From positions 1-43,697 of IMG/VR virus record IMGVR_UViG_3300012943_000030: 43,697 nucleotides of DNA. The stretch is one strand, 5' to 3'. Under the pieces are notes generated by a model. The model worked only from the letters and a program-made list of their open reading frames with translations, was not told where the DNA came from and did no database searches. The stretch is from a virus. Its lineage: Duplodnaviria; Heunggongvirae; Uroviricota; Caudoviricetes. Made by a program: the position numbers and the translations under genes. Positions 32,535 through 41,557 of the stretch are shown piece by piece (within the stretch, counting starts at the first letter, position 1; each line of letters starts with the position of its first letter).

Positions 32535-33338
32535 ATGAAAAAGTGGATCAGCAATCTTATGGCAAAGTTATTTGGTAAGAAGACGGCACCAGCTCCTTCA
32601 CCAACCCCCGTGCCACCCCCAGTTACAACTCCAACTCCAACCCCAGTTCCGCCACCAGTGGTTATTGCACCAGTAGAGCCGAAGCTTCCAACATTCGCTG
32701 AAGCATTTTCCAACCTTGACAGGTGGATCGTGTCAACGTGGGAAGCACCTGCCGGCGGTAAGTTCAGCCGCAATAACGTTTCCATTGTTGATGGTATTCT
32801 CTGTCTTCGCCTTCAGCAAACCATCGTGAATGGCGTCGTTCAATCGGTTGGCGGTGAAGTTTCAACAAGAGAAAAATTCGGCTACGGCACCTATGAGTTT
32901 GAGGTGAAGGCATCATCGACTGCAGCTGCTCCGACAGCTGTTGGCAACCCAGTCAGCGGTACAATTACCGGCTGCTTCAACTACGCACCATCCTCCATCA
33001 CTGAGATTGATATGGAAGTTGAGGGCGGCACTCGCAGCAACCTTGCACAGTTTACCTCATGGATGCTGGCATCGAACCCAAACCAGTCCATCAAGGTTCC
33101 TACTGTCCCGGCACCACATGTCGAGTTCAAGAAGTACAAGTTTGTATGGACACCGCAGGGTACCACGTTCTACATCAATGGCGTTGAGGCCTGCAGGCAC
33201 ACGAAGGTAATACCTTCTGAGCCAGCACCATTCCTGTTCAACCATTGGGGCACGAACAGTGTTGATTGGGGTGGCGTTGCAACTCCTGATGTTGAGCGTT
33301 ACATGTGGGTCAAGAACTTCAGCTTCACGCCGCTGTAA
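32535..33338 (+). CDS. GH16-family glycoside hydrolase with an N-terminal Pro/Thr linker
   Basis: KFGYGTYE, EIDME (ExDxE) catalytic motif, YKFVWTP...FYING; ATAAATA at 32509. Confidence 0.85.
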   Translation: MKKWISNLMAKLFGKKTAPAPSPTPVPPPVTTPTPTPVPPPVVIAPVEPKLPTFAEAFSNLDRWIVSTWEAPAGGKFSRNNVSIVDGILCLRLQQTIVNGVVQSVGGEVSTREKFGYGTYEFEVKASSTAAAPTAVGNPVSGTITGCFNYAPSSITEIDMEVEGGTRSNLAQFTSWMLASNPNQSIKVPTVPAPHVEFKKYKFVWTPQGTTFYINGVEACRHTKVIPSEPAPFLFNHWGTNSVDWGGVATPDVERYMWVKNFSFTPL

Positions 33339-33352
33339 ACCTAGGAGGCAAC

Positions 33353-33682
33353 ATGGTCGACTTTGATAAGCTTTCACAACTTTCGAACGACCCTGTTGCC
33401 TTTGAAAAGGAGCGCTGGAACATCATCAAGGCGCACCTTGACACGCTCTCACCACAGCGAAGAATGTCTGCCCTCGCGCTCCAGTATCAGCTCGACATGA
33501 AGCGCGAGAGCATGACCTCAGAAGAGTTCTACGAGCACTGCCTGGATCAGATTGACCTCAACCTCAAGCGGATCAACACCCTCATTGATCGCGCCAGAGG
33601 CATCATTGACGATACCACACCTGACAATGTGGTGCACCTTGACGACTTTCGGTCAGGACACCGTATACAGAAAAGCCCCTAA
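33353..33682 (+). CDS. DUF3135-like protein
   Basis: FDKL..L..DP.AFE..R...LQYQLDMKR pattern; GGAGG RBS. Confidence 0.62.
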   Translation: MVDFDKLSQLSNDPVAFEKERWNIIKAHLDTLSPQRRMSALALQYQLDMKRESMTSEEFYEHCLDQIDLNLKRINTLIDRARGIIDDTTPDNVVHLDDFRSGHRIQKSP

Positions 33683-33772
33683 GTGTTAGAATGGCTTACG
33701 TTATCCAAGTGAGTTTTTGTATTCATCTGGATAAATAAAAGACGCACGGCAATCATCTTAGGAGCGGGAAAG

Positions 33773-34066
33773 ATGAAAGTTTTTGAGGTTCTTCACACTG
33801 ATCTTCCTCAGGTATCTGAAGAGCAGATCCTTGCCCGCCTCAAGTCATTCGACTGGCAGTATGAGTTTGCCGAGGACTTCCGCCGCATCTCGTCTGGCAA
33901 TCGTGAGCTTGAGCTTCTCGAGAACATGGTCTACCAGCTCTGGAAGACCCAGCCTGAACGCGCCGTGTCCATCTGGAACGAGCACTGTCAGTCGGCTCCT
34001 GCTGACAAGACGGCCACCCCATCGTTCATCCTGCGCCTGCAGCTCCAGGAAGACGACACCAAGTAA
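33773..34066 (+). CDS. Hypothetical late protein
   Basis: ATAAATA at 33731, AGGAG RBS. Confidence 0.78.
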   Translation: MKVFEVLHTDLPQVSEEQILARLKSFDWQYEFAEDFRRISSGNRELELLENMVYQLWKTQPERAVSIWNEHCQSAPADKTATPSFILRLQLQEDDTK

Positions 34067-34126
34067 GACGACAAGCCTGTTGGCGGTGATAAATACTTCA
34101 CTTGCCACACCTACTGAGCTTGCCAA

Positions 34127-35239
34127 ATGACAAAGTTCCTCCTGATCAATTCTATCCTCGCTGAGGAAGATGGCCCAGAGGGCGAAAAGCCACAAGGCTT
34201 TCTTGCCAACTTCAAGAAGAGCTTCGCATCTGCCAAAGGTGGTAAGTCTGCGCCACAGCAGAAGTCAAAAGAACCACGCCACATCGACAGCAAGACATCC
34301 CCGCTGTACACTTTCGCGAGCAGCGTTCGCGGTGCCCCGGCAGGCTCACAGCGCGTCGTGCTTCGTACCTCGCTAGAAAATCTCAAGACACACTACACAA
34401 AAACTGGCGGCGGTCATGACCTCGTAAAGAACCTCACCGACACAGCGGTCACCGATATCGCCAAGTCGATGATGCGCGGTGGTGGCTCTTCGCAATCGCC
34501 GGTTGAAATTCAGGCCCTCAACGGCGGCTACCCACTTTCAGACCTTGCCAAGGGCGAGAAGGAAACCGTTTCGCTGCTAAACGTTCCAGTGGAGCTCATC
34601 ACGGGAGTTACCAAGGCCAAGGACGCCGCATCGGCTCGTGCCGCCCTTGAAAAGTTGATGAACCATGACTACTACATCATGACGCTCAACACCCAAAAAA
34701 TGAAGGATCGATCGGGTGCCCTCGACAAGGCTGGTAACAACCTTGAGCGCATCATCAACGCCCTCAACCCACACGCCGTCGTTGTGATCCACCCGAATTC
34801 AGTAGAGCTGCACCAGGCGAAGAAGGAATGGGATGAGCGCTATGCTGCCCACACCGGCAGCGGTGAACAGCACAAGAGCATTGAGCACGAGGATGAGCCA
34901 AAGCCAGAAGATCAGGCCCCAGTAGGCAAGAAGCCAGGTGAGGAAGCCCCTAAGCAGGACCAGGCACAGGCCCCAGTAGGCAAGAAGCCAGGTGAGACGG
35001 CTCCAGCCGCAGCGCCAGCTGAAGAGCCAGCTGGCAGCGACATTGACGCAACGACCGCTACCCTCGCAAAGGCGTGGGACAGCTTTGTTGGTGGTGTTGG
35101 TGCTGACAAGGATGGTAAGCTTGGTGGCAAGTACCGCAGACTTTCATCTGAGCAGCGCATCAAGCTTCAGCAGCAGCTCGTGAAGATGCTCAAGGCGGTA
35201 GGCTACGATGAGGACGGCCTGAAAGGCGCCACGAAGTGA
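34127..35239 (+). CDS. Hypothetical late protein with a duplicated QAPVGKKPGE linker
   Basis: ATAAATA at 34089; 370 aa. Confidence 0.85.
   Translation: MTKFLLINSILAEEDGPEGEKPQGFLANFKKSFASAKGGKSAPQQKSKEPRHIDSKTSPLYTFASSVRGAPAGSQRVVLRTSLENLKTHYTKTGGGHDLVKNLTDTAVTDIAKSMMRGGGSSQSPVEIQALNGGYPLSDLAKGEKETVSLLNVPVELITGVTKAKDAASARAALEKLMNHDYYIMTLNTQKMKDRSGALDKAGNNLERIINALNPHAVVVIHPNSVELHQAKKEWDERYAAHTGSGEQHKSIEHEDEPKPEDQAPVGKKPGEEAPKQDQAQAPVGKKPGETAPAAAPAEEPAGSDIDATTATLAKAWDSFVGGVGADKDGKLGGKYRRLSSEQRIKLQQQLVKMLKAVGYDEDGLKGATK
34913..34996 (+). repeat. Two-copy 30-nt direct repeat inside the CDS
   Basis: CAGGCCCCAGTAGGCAAGAAGCCAGGTGAG at about 34913 and 34967. Confidence 0.85.
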
Positions 35240-35442
35240 AGTACAAGACGCATGAGGAGCTGATCGCGGCGGTCAATGACCCAAATCGCGAAGAGCTTCA
35301 GCCAGGAACTCCATCGTTCCGCCTTGCTCGACTTCTCAACGCGCTTGATGAAAGGTTCCCAATGCCCGACGCGCAGAAGTTCCAGTCATTCCCATCTCCT
35401 GAGGAATGGTACATTCGAGAACTGGACAAGCGCCTAGGCTAA
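35236..35442 (+). CDS. Hypothetical protein
   Basis: GTGA coupling; 68 aa. Confidence 0.65.
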   Translation: MKYKTHEELIAAVNDPNREELQPGTPSFRLARLLNALDERFPMPDAQKFQSFPSPEEWYIRELDKRLG

Positions 35443-35454
35443 GATAACGTGTAG

Positions 35455-35483
35455 TGTACTCAGGTTCCAGCCTGATGTATAAT
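35455..35483 (+). promoter_or_regulatory. Sigma70-like promoter
   Basis: TGTACT-N17-TATAAT with TG. Confidence 0.7.
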
Positions 35484-35511
35484 GATCTTCGATTGACGTG
35501 GAGGGTGTGCC

Positions 35512-35682
35512 ATGACTTGCAATCAGATCGAACAGCAGCTTCGTGCCCAGGTGGCCAAGCTTACTCTTGACCAGCTCAAGCGCTTCGCTGTGGCGATGGG
35601 CGTTGATGTGCTCGACGAGGAAACTCGCGAAGACATCGTCAACAACTGCGTGGCGGCAGAGCAGTACGCTTTCACCCACTGA
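35512..35682 (+). CDS. Small hypothetical protein (56 aa, below cutoff)
   Basis: GGAGG RBS; MTCNQIEQQLRAQ...; TGATG coupled to the next ORF. Confidence 0.7.
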   Translation: MTCNQIEQQLRAQVAKLTLDQLKRFAVAMGVDVLDEETREDIVNNCVAAEQYAFTH

Positions 35683-36089
35683 TGGCCAAGCCAGACCCTC
35701 AGCGCGCTCGCATCTACGCGTACGAGGACGAGCAGGGCTGGGACAAGAGCACCATCTCATTCAAGAAGACGGCCGCCCTCATTCAGAAGGCGTGTCGTCT
35801 TTTTGGTGTACAGCAGGCGATTGTCGAATGTCATGACACTGACGAGCTTTCGTACTCTCAGCCAGAACTCGCGTTTATCTCTATGCAGAAGCGCGGGGGC
35901 CTTTCACCAGCCATCGCCCTTCATGAGGCCGCCCATCACATCACGTTCATGCTGGACGGCTATCGAGTTCAAGATCATGGTCCGAAATTCCTAGGTCGTT
36001 ACATCTACCTGCTCGAGGCCTTCGATGTGGCGCCTCCAAATCTGCGCCAAGACCTTCACGCGGCAGGACTGAAGTGGACGGAAATCTAG
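35682..36089 (+). CDS. SprT/zincin-like HExxH protein
   Basis: ALHEAAHHI...DHGPKF. Confidence 0.68.
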   Translation: MAKPDPQRARIYAYEDEQGWDKSTISFKKTAALIQKACRLFGVQQAIVECHDTDELSYSQPELAFISMQKRGGLSPAIALHEAAHHITFMLDGYRVQDHGPKFLGRYIYLLEAFDVAPPNLRQDLHAAGLKWTEI

Positions 36090-36120
36090 GATAAATACCA
36101 CGTCGCGTGGAGAGCATCCA

Positions 36121-36351
36121 ATGTCCATCAAGTATGTCCCAGGAATGAACCTTAATCAAACAGTGAAACATCTGTGGGGTAAGAGCGCAAAGCTCGCATC
36201 AAGCGGCGACCTGATCCACGTTCACGCATCCGAAGATGAGTATAAAAAGAACCTCGCGTCATGGCTGATGGCACTCAATTTTGCCGATGGTCGAGATTGG
36301 GGCGCCAACTTTAAGGATGGAGTGGCCGAGATCGTCCCTGTTGAGGACTGA
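36121..36351 (+). CDS. Hypothetical late protein
   Basis: ATAAATA at 36091, GGAG RBS. Confidence 0.7.
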   Translation: MSIKYVPGMNLNQTVKHLWGKSAKLASSGDLIHVHASEDEYKKNLASWLMALNFADGRDWGANFKDGVAEIVPVED

Positions 36352-36368
36352 TTTAACAATATCCTGAA

Positions 36369-36397
36369 TGTACTAGTTCGAGATTTGGGATTATAAT
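36369..36397 (+). promoter_or_regulatory. Sigma70-like promoter
   Basis: TGTACT-N17-TATAAT. Confidence 0.7.
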
Positions 36398-36425
36398 GGC
36401 CTCACCATCAGGTTTGGGGTCTACA

Positions 36426-37097
36426 ATGCGAAACATGTCGAAAGAAGAAAAACTCAAAGTGCGACAGGCTCTTAGAGAGCAGAAGCTCTTCGAAAAGAAA
36501 CGCAAAAATGCAAAAGATCTTCTCGGGTTGACAGGTTGGGTGTGCCAGGGTGGAACCATCCAGATAGGAAATGCCCGTGAAGACGTCCTCTATGAGGAGC
36601 TGCGGAAGAAGCACAAGACAGATGCAAATGTTGAAATGCGTCGCAAGTACAAAGTGTCATCACCGGATATTTCCTTCAAGCGCAAGAAGCATGAAGTTGA
36701 CATCATGGTCATCAACCATGGAACAAAAACTGTCGACATGTACAATTCAAAGGGCGACGGTGATAGTGGTACCGATTCCCCATATGATCGTGTGAAGGTG
36801 CCAGTAGCTGCGAAAATCGCAGTGCAAAAAGATTATCCAGACTACAAAGTCGAATACACCTATGTTCGACCAAATGGCATGTCAAACCCGGTATTCACGG
36901 AGCACGGTATTCCGACTGTTGCAACATCAACACTTCTTGATGGGCGAGACATCAATAATCTCGTGGCTGGTCATCGCCAACGCATCACTGCGAAGCGAGT
37001 GGAAGATGCAATCGAGCGCTTCTGCATGTGTGAAGAACACGCGCTAAACTTGAGAGCGTACTTCAAAAACCCAAACCTGTACAAGGTTGAAGACTGA
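36426..37097 (+). CDS. Putative PD-(D/E)xK endonuclease
   Basis: E...EVDIMV...MYNSK pattern next to a methylase; the ATG at 36396 overlaps the -10 box, so 36426 is preferred. Confidence 0.5.
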   Translation: MRNMSKEEKLKVRQALREQKLFEKKRKNAKDLLGLTGWVCQGGTIQIGNAREDVLYEELRKKHKTDANVEMRRKYKVSSPDISFKRKKHEVDIMVINHGTKTVDMYNSKGDGDSGTDSPYDRVKVPVAAKIAVQKDYPDYKVEYTYVRPNGMSNPVFTEHGIPTVATSTLLDGRDINNLVAGHRQRITAKRVEDAIERFCMCEEHALNLRAYFKNPNLYKVED

Positions 37098-37100
37098 ACC

Positions 37101-38297
37101 GTGAAGCCGTATTTCAAGTATTCTGGCGGCAAAACGCGGGAGATGAAACGGATCTCTCCGTATATTCCTGCAGACACGAAACGCATAGTCGAACCATTTT
37201 GCGGCAGTGCTTCAGTGTCCATCGCTGCTGAATTGCCGTCGCTGATCGCCGACATTGACACTGACGTGATCAATCTTCACACTGTAGTGTCTAAGGCTGA
37301 CACATTCAAGGATCTAATGAAGCTTGTTGCCGCAACGAATGTTGCTGACATTGAAGTCGACAGAGAGAAAAATGTCAAGCACCTCGAGCGACTGTATTAT
37401 GAGCTGCGCGATGATCACTTCAGCACTAAGGACCCAATCCTAAAGGCGTATCGGTTTCTTGTCCTTAGGCAGCTGTGCTTTTCCGGTATGACACGTTTCA
37501 ACAGCAAGACTGGAAAATCTAACGTGCCATTCGGGTGGTATCCGCATTTCAAAACACGTCTAGATGATAGCTATCATCGGCTTCTGTCTACGTGGGAAAT
37601 TAAGCTTCAGGAATTTGAGGTAACTCTCGCGCAGGTGAAGACCGGTGACTGGGTATTTCTTGATCCACCGTACTTTGACCGCAATTCATCTTACGAGGTA
37701 TCGTCAGATGCGGGAACATCAGAACTCATGCACACTCGCATTCGTGAAATACTGAAGGGTTTCACTGAAAGAGATATCCCTTGGCTGATGGTGCATTCTG
37801 ACTGCGAGCTGTACCGCGACATTTACAGCGGCTGCGACATTTCACAAGAGAAGATGTTCTACTCTCAAAATTTCAAGGGCGCTGGAATTAGCAATGCTAG
37901 AGTGGGGCACCTGTACATCACGGCTAATTCTTCAACTGGGGCCAAAATCGTATTGCCTCCGCTAGTTAAACAGAAAAAGCCTAAGAAGGCCGCCAAGGTT
38001 CGACCAATAAAGGCAAGGCGTAAAATCCCAGCAAGACAAGAAAAGTTGTCGCGCCTCATTAAGGTAGATGATGGCGGATGGGCAGTCCATACCAAGTATT
38101 ATGGAAGCGGAAAGAAAATCGTGTCAGTCCAAAATGGAACACGATATGAGGCCGACCATGATATGATCTTTGATCATGTTGAAGCATCTCTGAAAGCAAA
38201 AGGCAAACCATCATTATTCGACAAGCCGAGACAGTTTGGAGCTGGCTCTGGCCTTCGTGGGTTCAAGCAGGGTCTTTGGAAAGAGGTCCGGTCCTGA
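37101..38297 (+). CDS. Dam/D12-class N6-adenine DNA methyltransferase with a basic C-terminal extension
   Basis: YSGGK, VEPFCGSA, FSGMTRFN, FLDPPY. Confidence 0.9.
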   Translation: MKPYFKYSGGKTREMKRISPYIPADTKRIVEPFCGSASVSIAAELPSLIADIDTDVINLHTVVSKADTFKDLMKLVAATNVADIEVDREKNVKHLERLYYELRDDHFSTKDPILKAYRFLVLRQLCFSGMTRFNSKTGKSNVPFGWYPHFKTRLDDSYHRLLSTWEIKLQEFEVTLAQVKTGDWVFLDPPYFDRNSSYEVSSDAGTSELMHTRIREILKGFTERDIPWLMVHSDCELYRDIYSGCDISQEKMFYSQNFKGAGISNARVGHLYITANSSTGAKIVLPPLVKQKKPKKAAKVRPIKARRKIPARQEKLSRLIKVDDGGWAVHTKYYGSGKKIVSVQNGTRYEADHDMIFDHVEASLKAKGKPSLFDKPRQFGAGSGLRGFKQGLWKEVRS

Positions 38298-38427
38298 ACG
38301 TTGTTTTCTCCTGATCACGAAAGTGGTTAAATAGCTCTGTCAAAGCTCATCACGCTGAGACACCAACACAGTCGTAATAATCTGGGTCCTGACGACTGGG
38401 GCCGTTTAAAGTAAGGAGAAAAATGTG

Positions 38428-39339
38428 ATGTACAACAACAAGCTCGCCATAGCTGTCAAAGTAAATGGCCGGGTCCTCCGTGAAAATGGGGACACCGTAA
38501 GGCTGCCATTCGGTTCCGAATACAGCATTTTCGTAAAAAACCTCAACTCAGTTCCAGCTCTCGTAAAGATCGAGATCGATGGGCAAGACATTGCCGACGG
38601 CCAGGGCTTCATTGTCAAGGCCAACGACAGCGTCGACATCGAGCGCTTCTTGAAGGGCAAGAACATGAGCAAGGGAAACCGCTTCAAGTTCATTGAGCGC
38701 ACCGGCCGCGTCGAAGCTGGCCGTGGTGGTATTCAAGTTGAAGACGGCCTCATCCGCATTGAACACGAGTTCGAGCGTGAGCAGGTACCAGTCAAGGACT
38801 ACTACAACGTTCCAACGTACTGGTACGGACCATACCACCGCCCATACTGGGAAAAGCACCCGTACATGGGCAGCGGCATCTCATACTCGTCATCTGAAGC
38901 GTTGATCGGCAGCGCATCAAACAACACGTCCTACACGGCAACCTTCAACAGCAGCGTTGAGCGTAGCGCTGAAGGTTCTACCGTGTTGAAGAGCTCATCT
39001 CGTTCACGTAGCCGCTCGCTCGGTTCTGCTGAGAGCGGCAGTGCAGAGGTTAAGGCTGATGCCAGCGTGTACATGATGAACGCGTCGCTCAACGATGCCG
39101 GCGTCACGGCGCCAGGCTCGGTCTCAGACCAGAAGTTCAACTACGGCTACATTGGTGCTCTCGATGGCGTGAAGCACTCAACGGTGCTGAAGCTTCTTGG
39201 TCAGGTAGGTGAACAGGTAGTCACGAAGCCGGTACTTGCAAAGAGCAAGCAGCGCTGCGTTACCTGCGGTCACAACAACAAGTCGCACGCAAAGTTCTGC
39301 GTTGAGTGCGGCACTGGGTTGGAGATCGTAGCGGCCTAA
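38428..39339 (+). CDS. Hypothetical protein with a C-terminal zinc ribbon
   Basis: AAGGAG RBS; CVTCGH...FCVECG; TTAAATA at 38327. Confidence 0.82.
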   Translation: MYNNKLAIAVKVNGRVLRENGDTVRLPFGSEYSIFVKNLNSVPALVKIEIDGQDIADGQGFIVKANDSVDIERFLKGKNMSKGNRFKFIERTGRVEAGRGGIQVEDGLIRIEHEFEREQVPVKDYYNVPTYWYGPYHRPYWEKHPYMGSGISYSSSEALIGSASNNTSYTATFNSSVERSAEGSTVLKSSSRSRSRSLGSAESGSAEVKADASVYMMNASLNDAGVTAPGSVSDQKFNYGYIGALDGVKHSTVLKLLGQVGEQVVTKPVLAKSKQRCVTCGHNNKSHAKFCVECGTGLEIVAA

Positions 39340-39364
39340 GGCTCATTTAACATAATGCGCTTGG

Positions 39365-39401
39365 ACAGGACGGTGGACCTTTCGCCGTCCTGTTTTTGTT
39401 T
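39365..39401 (+). terminator. Intrinsic terminator
   Basis: ACAGGACGGTG-GACCTTT-CGCCGTCCTGT then TTTTGTTT. Confidence 0.8.
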
Positions 39402-39447
39402 CAGGTTCAGCGTGATAGAATGATGGCATGAAACTGGTGAACGCATA

Positions 39448-40218
39448 ATGTTCTGGGTAATCCAAGAAGATCTGTTCCAAGAGAATGGCCGCGAGGTCCT
39501 TCTCGACATCCTCAAGCGGTTCAACGTTCCACATCAGGTGGTCAAGGTAGTTCCGTTCTCGCATGAGCTGCTTCCTGAAGTCACTGAGACCGACAACATC
39601 ATCGTCAACGGCTCTGTGCTACTGTCTAGGATCGCGCGTAAGCGCGGCTGGAGCCCTGGCGGTTTCCTCAATGACAACTTCGACTACAAGGTTTGGCACC
39701 CGCTTCTCAAGGACCACCTGCTTAACGACGACGCGGTGTTCTGCACCGTTGAGAACGCGTTCCCAAGTCCAACATGGAGCGACGTGTTCATTCGCCCACA
39801 GCTTGACAATAAGTCGTTCAACGGGCAGGTGATGACGCTCGACACGTTCATTGAATGGAAGGCGGGCATTCTCGTCGGCGACAACAGCCAAGTTTTTCCG
39901 GACACTGAGGTGATCTACGCCACGCCGAAGAGGGTCGGGCAGGAGCACCGCCACTTCATCGTAGATGGCAAGGTCATCACAAGCAGTCGCTACAAGCTCA
40001 ACGGTCGGTCAAACCAGCAGGAGGGCGCTGACGCCCACATCGTTGAGTTTGCCGAAAAGATGGCCGCCATCTTCTCACCCTCACGCTTCTTCGTGCTGGA
40101 CACTTACATCACCGGCGACGAGATCGGCGTGGTCGAACTTGGCTGCGGTTGCAACGCCGGCTTCTACAAGGCCGACGTTCAGAAGCTGGTGATGGCGCTT
40201 GAGGACATGAAGCTGTGA
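39448..40218 (+). CDS. ATP-grasp protein (DUF4343/R2K-like)
   Basis: VFIRP...KSFNG, EHRHFIVDGKVIT.SRY, VLD...VVELG...AGFY. Confidence 0.8.
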   Translation: MFWVIQEDLFQENGREVLLDILKRFNVPHQVVKVVPFSHELLPEVTETDNIIVNGSVLLSRIARKRGWSPGGFLNDNFDYKVWHPLLKDHLLNDDAVFCTVENAFPSPTWSDVFIRPQLDNKSFNGQVMTLDTFIEWKAGILVGDNSQVFPDTEVIYATPKRVGQEHRHFIVDGKVITSSRYKLNGRSNQQEGADAHIVEFAEKMAAIFSPSRFFVLDTYITGDEIGVVELGCGCNAGFYKADVQKLVMALEDMKL

Positions 40219-40568
40219 TCGCCTGGATCAAGCGCAAGCTCGAGCAGCGCCGCAAGGCGAAGGATGAGTGGCTGACTATCCTGGCCATCAGATCGCTAGT
40301 GTACGCGAACTGGAACACCGCCAAGACCGAGTACTACCGCTCGTACACCAAGGAACACAGCTTCGATAAGAAGTTCACCGTCGGCACGGTCGACGTTGAG
40401 TTCTTCCGCGAGATCCGTGGAGATCTGGTCACAGCAAAGATCGGTGACAGGGTGATCGTGGCATTTGTCGATCAGTCGCACGCATATCCAGGTATTCTTG
40501 GCATCAATGACCCAACAGTAAACGTTACGCTGGCTGAGCTACACGCCGCCATAGGAGAAGTACGATGA
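40215..40568 (+). CDS. Hypothetical protein
   Basis: GTGA coupling. Confidence 0.7.
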   Translation: MIAWIKRKLEQRRKAKDEWLTILAIRSLVYANWNTAKTEYYRSYTKEHSFDKKFTVGTVDVEFFREIRGDLVTAKIGDRVIVAFVDQSHAYPGILGINDPTVNVTLAELHAAIGEVR

Positions 40569-40993
40569 TCACGACCGCAATCAACAAGGCGTACCGCACG
40601 GCAGCTGCCAAGAAGTGGGACAAGATTTACTGGGCCATCGACCTTCACGACACGTGCCTGCGCAGCACCTACGGCAAGGGCAGCTATGAGTGGCTCGGGC
40701 CATGGGTCATCGAGGCGCTAAAGGCCATCGCAGCCAGGCCTGAAACGGTCATCATCCTCTGGTCGTCGGTGCACGCCGACGAGGAGCAGGACATCATCGC
40801 CTTCTTCGCGAAGGAGGGGATCAAGGTCGCCTACTTCAACCACAACCCAGAGGTCGCGAACACCGCCTCGGGCAACTTCGACACGAAGTTCTACTTCAAC
40901 GTCCTCGTTGACGACAAGGCCGGCTTCGACTACGACGAGGACTGGGACATCATCCGCGAGTACTTCGAGAACAACGACATGGATCTCCTGTGA
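40565..40993 (+). CDS. HAD-like hydrolase
   Basis: WAIDLHDT, ILWSS, LVDDKAGF. Confidence 0.7.
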   Translation: MITTAINKAYRTAAAKKWDKIYWAIDLHDTCLRSTYGKGSYEWLGPWVIEALKAIAARPETVIILWSSVHADEEQDIIAFFAKEGIKVAYFNHNPEVANTASGNFDTKFYFNVLVDDKAGFDYDEDWDIIREYFENNDMDLL

Positions 40994-41301
40994 GAGACAC
41001 AATCCTCTACATCATCCGCACGGCGAGGGCGTCTACGTTCCCGCTCGCCAACATGCAGATCAAGGTCGGCGAGGAATGCGGTGAGCTTGCCGAGGCCGTG
41101 AACCACCATGAAGGCTTCTCACGTCACAAGGTCATGAAGGAGCCCCTCGCCGGCGAGGTGGCTGACGTCATCAACACCGTCATCGGCGTTCTCGTTCGCG
41201 CGTATCCTGAACACACTGACGACCAGCTTGCCGACTTCCTCGAGAGCCAGCTGATCCTCAAGACGCGCAAGTGGGAAAGCATCAGGGCCGATATTCGATG
41301 A
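40990..41301 (+). CDS. MazG-like NTP pyrophosphohydrolase
   Basis: KVGEECGELAEAV...GEVADV. Confidence 0.82.
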   Translation: MRDTILYIIRTARASTFPLANMQIKVGEECGELAEAVNHHEGFSRHKVMKEPLAGEVADVINTVIGVLVRAYPEHTDDQLADFLESQLILKTRKWESIRADIR

Positions 41302-41531
41302 GCATGTTCCGCGAGTTTCGCAGCCCAGGCCAGATCGATATCGTTCGTGCCTACGACAACGGTAAGCTCTACTGGTACGAACCGCACCCTGAGCGCTGTG
41401 ATCGAACGAAGTTCGCGGTGAGCGTCTGCCCAGGAAGCATCTGGTGCGTCTGCAAGCGGTGCCGCGACTACTACGGTGATGTGCGTGAGGCACCTCGCGC
41501 TTCTCGGAAGGCTATCCGCTCGGCGAGATAA
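41298..41531 (+). CDS. Small Cys-rich hypothetical protein
   Basis: ATGA coupling; CVCKRC. Confidence 0.6.
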   Translation: MSMFREFRSPGQIDIVRAYDNGKLYWYEPHPERCDRTKFAVSVCPGSIWCVCKRCRDYYGDVREAPRASRKAIRSAR

Positions 41532-41557
41532 ATATGGCATCCTAACAAGGTGCCATA

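Noticed and set aside
38423-38428. ATG-TGA start-stop element before the zinc-ribbon gene
   Set aside because: RBS spacing favours ATG 38428 (9 nt) over 38423 (4 nt); probably incidental.
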